In this document: positions 57,843-64,000 of the stretch, in pieces
Numbering within the stretch: position 1 is the first letter of the stretch
Layout of the letters: each line of letters begins with the position of its first letter
NCBI GenBank assembly: GCA_964234715.1
Contig: OZ174280.1
DNA from: Podarcis melisellensis
Taxonomy: Eukaryota
Reading direction: 5' to 3' (one strand)
DNA: 64,000 bases
The notes under the pieces: generated by a model
Told to the model about the DNA's origin: nothing
Databases searched by the model: none
Seen by the model: only the letters and a program-made list of their open reading frames with translations
Position numbers and translations under genes: made by a program

Positions 57843-58549
57843 CACGGACATGACCAAACAGCCCTTGTCATTGTGAGTCCTTGTTTGCCTCTGTATGTGG
57901 GCACTGTAATCGACACAATCTCTGATGGGATGTTTTAAGTGTGTCCGTTCCTCCACCCTCCATTGTTTTTTAATTGAACATGTTTTCCCTCTCCTCTCCC
58001 ATGCCTGTATTAGATTTGGTTGCTACTCCACCCCATTTAAAAGCAGTATGGGCACTTTTAATAAAAGTTAGCACCTGCAGTAAGGCCCATTGTGTTGAAT
58101 GTGACTCACTCCCAGGTAAGTGTGTATGTATGGAATTGCAAACTTAGGCTTAGTAGTGAGGAAGCCCCATTAGACACTGTGAGATTTAGGTCCACTTAAG
58201 TATACACACATTGTAAAGACACAGTCCTGCACCTATAGAAGTAAAAACTTCTGCTGACTCTTAACGAAGGAGGTTTGTAGCACAATACACTTTGGGGCCA
58301 CCATAATATGTACACTTACCTGAGACATACTTCTGAGTTAAAATCTGTAGAATAGTGCTGCTTATTGGCTACAGTCTCGAAAAAACAAAGCTCACCAACT
58401 ATCAGACCCTTCCTTCCTTCCTTACTTCCTTCCTTAACATCTACAGGAGAAGGGTACCCTGTCCCATCACTATTGCACCCTAGATTGCACAATCTTTGCA
58501 TTCTACCATTAGACCAGTGTTTCCCAACCTTTTTCTAATCATGGTCCCC

Positions 58550-58677
58550 CATGGGCATAGCCAAGGGGGGCAGAGGGCAGCTGTGCCCCACAAATAAGTA
58601 AAAATCAATACAAATCTGAGGTTCTGCCCCCCAACAAAAGCCTGCCCCCCTTAACAAAAATCCTGGCTACATTCATG
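58550..58677. mobile_element. Small hAT-like MITE nested in 58515-59751
   Basis: CATGGGCATAGCCAAG ... CCTGGCTACATTCATG imperfect TIRs; no clear TSD. Confidence 0.55.
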
Positions 58678-58807
58678 CCCCGCTCCTACTCGTCGAAAGG
58701 TATCTATTTAAATGTTTTGTTTATAATTTTTATAATTTATACAAAATACAATTACATAAAATGATAGGAACATAATGAAATATTGTTGAAGCAGAAAAAC
58801 AGAGACT

Positions 58808-58966
58808 AATAGAGCTGGAAGGGCCCCCAAGGGTCATGTTTCTAGCCCAACCCCCTGCAATGTAGGAAACTCAGCTAAAGCATCCATGACAGATGGCCAG
58901 CCAACCTCTGCTTAGAAACCTCCATGGAAGGAGAGTCCAGAACCTACCGAGGCAGATCCATCTTCC
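58808..58966 (-). mobile_element. CR1 LINE 3' end
   Basis: GAGCTGGAAGGGCCCCCAAGGGTCAT...CAACCCCCTGCAATG...CCAACCTCTGCTTAGAAACCTCC, the reverse complement of a typical CR1 3' UTR. Confidence 0.75.
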
Positions 58967-61694
58967 ATGTATTATAAAAAATAAACAACACTTATTTGAC
59001 CCCAGTTATTTGACACAGAGGGGGAAACCCACAGATACAGTCCAAAAAGTATATAGAAAGTTCTGTATATATGGGATTTTTATTTTTTTTAAAGCAAGTG
59101 GTCTTCACTGACCTGGTGCAAAAAGCTCTTGTCATGCGGAGGAGCCCTGGCTGCCTAGATAAAACACTATAGTCTCACACACCCTTACCTGGGAGTAAGG
59201 CCCACTGAACACAGTGTGGCTTTCTTTTGAGTAGACTCTTAGTTATTTACTAGATGCAAGTCAGCAGCCCCAGATGACCCTGCTTGGCTAGGTGCTGGGA
59301 TGGATTGCACCCTGCACATTGCAGAGTCAGGCCCAGGCTGCTACTGGGCCCAGCACTGGCGGCAGCAACAAGCAGCTCACCCAGCCCTACCCACTGCCAC
59401 CCCACCACTGCACTTACCTGACCTGGGGGTTCTGGTTCGTGGGCTCTGCTGGTCAAAAAGGGAGCCTCAGTGATCATCCTCTCCCACTGGAAACAAACCA
59501 GGACTGCTCCAAGGAAACCCAGGTGGCAAAAAGGAGTGCTAGCCCTTGGTGGGCCATCCTCTTACCCGCTTGTGATTGGCCAAGCAGATAGCCATCCAAT
59601 CAGAATTCCCCCCTTTCACTTCTCACTTCCCTCAGTGGTCCCCAAGCCTTGTGTTGTGGGCCCCCCATTTACAAGATTTTAACCTGTGGCTCCCTTGGAA
59701 TATTCTTGGGGGGGCCCAGGGGGCCATATAATTCCCAGTTGGGAAACAATGTGTTAGATAACTATTTGAGTAATATGTGACAAAAGTTCAGATTTGGAAA
59801 ACGCTGGAGAGCTCCCAGGGCAATGCATAGCTAGAGGGCGTCTGGACATTTTGTATGAGGCAGAAGTGTCACCAAGGGAAATGGTCCCTTACAAGCTCAG
59901 CCTATAGGTGGATCACAAAGGCCTGGTTTCTCTCTCCACCCACACACCTTAGTATTTGGTTGGGTTGGTTAGGAATGGCTTGCCCAGCATCATACTTACT
60001 AGTATATGAAATCCAGACCCTGAGAGGGTTCCTGTATCTTTAAGAATTGCAAAGAAGGGGACACTCCACTATATGAATATGCACAGTTTCCTGTTATCAC
60101 TGCAGCACTGTGAACAGAAAAGGTGCAGTGGATTAAAGTACTTCTTACATTCTTCTTTTAGAATCCTAAAGGAGCCTCTCAGTGCTCAGGCCTGGCAAAA
60201 CCTAGCAGGCGTTAATGCTACAGTAGGAAGATTCCCGCCCCCCCTCATAGGCCCTAGAGGAACCTTGTACCTTTAGGATTTATGCAGGGAAGGTAAAAAT
60301 GCAACTTGCCCCCACTAATATTAAGCCATATATGAGGTGCAGGTTTAAAATTCAACAGAAGCAGCAAGAAAAACAGTAGCCAATTGCAAGTTAACGAAAT
60401 ACTGCTGAACTAAGGAAACGTGAAAGAAAAGAATAAATTAAAGGTGAGCAATAAAGAATAGCTTACATGAACACAACCCCAAAAAAGGACATTCAGAACT
60501 CAGTTTCAGTGGGGGCTTGTATCTCCCATACCATGCATTAAGTGGGACTTTGTTCTTCTGTGTCTGCATGCTGCTGGGAGAACTTCTATTAATGTAGATG
60601 GTCTAGAGATGCATTCTTATAGTTCTAGCCCTGGAAGCTGAGTAGGTGGAGATGGATGGAGGACTGCTAGAGCATTTTCTGCATTTTCCTGAAATAACCA
60701 ATATAGGCTCAATATAGAGTTTGGGCTACAGGCATATTTTTGACAGCTTCCCAGGAAGACACCCCTGGCCTGTCTAAGGAGCCAGAGAAGGTGAGATACA
60801 TTTCTTCAGCTGTGATTGCAAGGGAAGGTCACAATGCTTGTGTGTCTGTGCACGTGAGGAACAAGGCACAGACAAATGCAGGCTGTTCCAGCCCTGCAAA
60901 ACAGGGATGACTTGATGGGTAGCGAGGGAAGGGGGGGCAGGCACTCGGGAAGGAATCAATATATATCAGTGGGGGGAAGCAGAGGTGGGGGCAGGCAGAG
61001 AGAAGACAAACCTGCACTCATCCTTTGGGGGTTTATTTCACATCCTGCTTTGCCTACCCAGTGTACATTAGTGCAGGACTTGGTGACATGACCGCCACTG
61101 CCACCTTGGGAGACAGAGGGCCTCGCCACCCACCGCCAGCCGCAGGATTAATTATGATAATGTATTTCTTTCCCCTTTTGTCACCCTAATGAATGGGCCC
61201 CTTTAAGATTTTAAGGCCTTTTGTTTGTCCAGTTTTTAAGGCGGTATTGTAGGGTAGGGGATAGCAGGTGGCATGGCCAAAACAGGCTCCTTTGTCTTCT
61301 TTGGGGGCTTTTCTTTTCCTGTGGTGGATTTGTGCAAGGGGGGGGGGGGTAGCCTGGTTGAAGATGCAGAGAGGCAGAGTAGAGACACTCCTCAGTCAGT
61401 TTCACTGCACTGATAGTGATAGGAGAAAAACTTCCTTGCTTGGGGAGGGGAGTTTCAGAGAGAGCCCCCCCTCTCTCTTTCTTTCTTTCCCACCTCACAC
61501 ACCTCCCATGGAATGGGACCCATCCTGTATCCTCCAGATCACTCCCAAATTCCCAATCTGTATTCTCTATCCTGCATCCACATGTGAGCAGGTCTAGACA
61601 AATCACTGCAAGCAGAGCTCCCAAATCAAAATGTCAGTGTCTGTTCTATCAACTGCTACAAAGAGCAGAGTAATCCAAAATTAGGGGTATCATC

Positions 61695-61841
61695 CAGTGG
61701 CGTAGCGTGGGTTGTCAGCACCCGGGGCAAGGCAAGTAATTTGCGCCCCCTAACCCGTGGATTTGCACCCCCTAACCCTAACCCCCAGATGTTGCGCCCG
61801 GTGCAGCTGGCCCCCCCTGCACCCCCCATGCTACGCCACTG
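61695..61841. mobile_element. hAT MITE (147 bp), stand-alone copy of the family at 26618-26770
   Basis: Same TIRs and subterminal repeats; degenerate 8-bp TSD GTATCATC / GTGTCGTC. Confidence 0.9.
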
Positions 61842-63880
61842 GTGTCGTCCAGAGATGATGGAGCAATAATGTCCCTTGATTCTGCACCGCTTCCAATGTT
61901 TCAGAATGGAGTTGTGCTAGTCATGCTTCTTGAGGCTTCTCATGATTCGCAATACATCTTAAAATATGACATACACCTGCAAAACTATTTTGTCCCAATA
62001 CTGTGGTGAGGAAATTGACCATGTGTATTGCAGGGAGCTACAGTTTAGGAATATCACCTCTGAGTCCCTAAAAGGGCTGCTTTCTGTATTCAGCAGGACA
62101 TGGTTTCTTCTTCAGTGTTTTAAATATTAGGAAGCACATGAAGGATGCTTGATCATTATGCAAGAACAGGCAAAGAACTTCTAATGAAACTGGCACTACT
62201 ATAGAGAGTTAATGGTCTCTCTGGCGTACAAAGTGCCACACCCTTTTGGAAAAGGATGCCAAATAATGTCCCACAGAAACAATGGGGGGGGGGCTGTGTG
62301 TTAAATGTTTTCATTGTGATTTGGATGAGCACACTGTGAGCATGTTTATAAAATCTGAAGACAGAGTGATATTTGGAGGGATCTCAAACATTTCAAAAAA
62401 CAGATCAACTTGATAAATTTGAGTACTAGGCAGAGAGTAGCAACAGAAAACTGGACAAGATGGACTTTGTTGGAGTTTTCCAAACTGGGGGTTTGGGCCA
62501 GTTAATCTTTAATGCCCTTTACTTAGTGGCACCAGCATAAACTGGATATGGGGGAGGGCATTCATAGCTGAAATAGCAGGGGTAGGGAAGGCTGGGGTTG
62601 ATGAACTCCATCTGGATTTGGCATGTCTTAGAGGAACGAGGTTCAGTCACCCTTTAGAACAGATAGCTTTGTTGGTCTGAATAACCCTTTTCTAAATAAT
62701 TTCCAGCCTTTAAGTAAGGTTTTACCCTGACCAAGAGTGGCTCTGTGAGTGCCAGCCTGATCCTCTTAAGCTCTGATTGTATAAAGGTGACAGGCAAAAA
62801 AGAAAAAAAAAAAGCTGGCCCAAGACTAACTTATGCTCTCTCTTTTTGTGCATATTTATAAATACATCTCCTTTCACTGCACTAGGTCTAGATGTCCAAC
62901 ACTCTGAATCTGGCAATGAAATGGTGGGAAAGGTGATGCCAGATGGGTTAAGCAGGACTTGTGGTTCGACGGCTTCTGGAAGGAGCCAGGGATCTGTCAG
63001 GACCAGTGAGATTAGTGCTTTTATTGATCCAACCTGCATAGTAAGGATATGGCTGTAAGCAGGGTGTAAGCAGGCATGAAACTGGTAAGGACACAGAAGC
63101 ACCTCATCCATTTGGGGGCATCTTGCATTCTCTGGGACTCAGAAAGTAACAACTCTTACAAGATGCAGAAATCTACCCGGCTGCCAGAATGATTACATCA
63201 ATGCAACCTTCAGCTTGGAAGCCCCAAAGAAGAATCTGTAGCGCAGAAAGGGTTTGTAGAGGGGATTATAAACAGGTAATGGGGCACACAAGGCAGCAGC
63301 AGCACTGCTCAATACACGATTAGAGGCATGGCCTTTCTAGTTCTTTCTTCTTCTTCATGGCTTTCTCAACAGAGAAATAGCATCACGGAGGAGGGAATGG
63401 GATGCATCCCTGTAGTCCCTTTCATACCAAGTCCTGTTTGCGAGGGAGGAAATTGCAATTCAGAAGCACCGTTGAAAATGTAAGAAAGCACCTTCTGCAG
63501 GCACAGAGGTCAGACGTCTGAGCGAAGGCCTTGAAACTTGGGTGGGCTCTGCCTCTGCCTGGTGAGGCGAGAGCAAAGCTTTTATCTTGTCCCTGCTCTT
63601 CCCTTCTCACTCCTCCTCTCCTCACACCCCAAAATCTGCATGAGAGAAACAATAGAGGCGCAGTTCTTTGCAGTAGGGCATTGAACTGAGGAGGGGGAGG
63701 AGAAGGGGAGGGAGAGGACAGCAGGAGCAGGGAACTCGCCCACTCACAGTCCCAGCACACAGCAGTCGGTCCAACCTGCTTTGCACACACATACATGCCT
63801 CAAGCATGGATGCATGTACCCTTCAGGCATGCACACGCATTGCCCTCCAGACATCTATTGACTGGTACATGCATGCAAGT

Positions 63881-63903
63881 ACACACACACACACACACAC
63901 ACA
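63881..63903. repeat. (AC)n microsatellite
   Basis: Direct reading. Confidence 0.9.
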
Positions 63904-64000
63904 AACATGGCAGGGGGAATGCAAGGTCTCTAGATTTCTCTCTTAGAATCAGAGGCCAATTCAGCAGTGGCTGTTCCATTAAGGCAAATGGCGGCACCAA

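Larger units (their letters stand above)
58515..59751. mobile_element. Old hAT (Charlie-like) element with nested insertions
   Basis: TIRs CAGTGTTTCCCAAC / GTTGGGAAACAATG (13/14); flanks CATTAGAC / TGTTAGAT fit a CpG-decayed TSD. Confidence 0.62.

Noticed and set aside
52200-64000. Exons of a neighbouring gene upstream of PTCH2
   Set aside because: No recognisable coding exon with splice sites was found; ORFs there are short and repeat- or composition-derived. Small exons could have been missed.

Overview
Vertebrate genomic DNA, almost certainly from a squamate and probably a lacertid lizard, judged from its Sauria SINE, Squam3-like SINE and lizard-type MITEs. The window is dominated by one minus-strand gene, Patched-2 (PTCH2, the Hedgehog receptor). 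I traced 22 coding exons from the ATG at 51430 to a GT donor after 382. All have GT-AG boundaries and one continuous frame (3753 nt, 1251 aa), and the last exon(s) lie left of the window. A CpG-island promoter carries a perfect GLI site and an upstream ATG cluster. Intron 2 is 27.4 kb and holds several enhancer-like blocks. The rest is repeats: hAT, Tigger and Harbinger MITEs, L1, L2, CR1 and RTE LINE fragments, a decayed DIRS-like retroelement, SINEs and microsatellites. There is one 237-nt N gap. The most unusual object is a 1286-bp composite hAT element in intron 2 (26618-27903) with a perfect 8-bp TSD. It carries an internal terminal repeat, a truncated SINE and CpG-island-like cargo with an exon-like cassette, which suggests Pack-type sequence capture. 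No prokaryote-type system is present. Repeat family names and regulatory calls come from motif recognition, not database searches.
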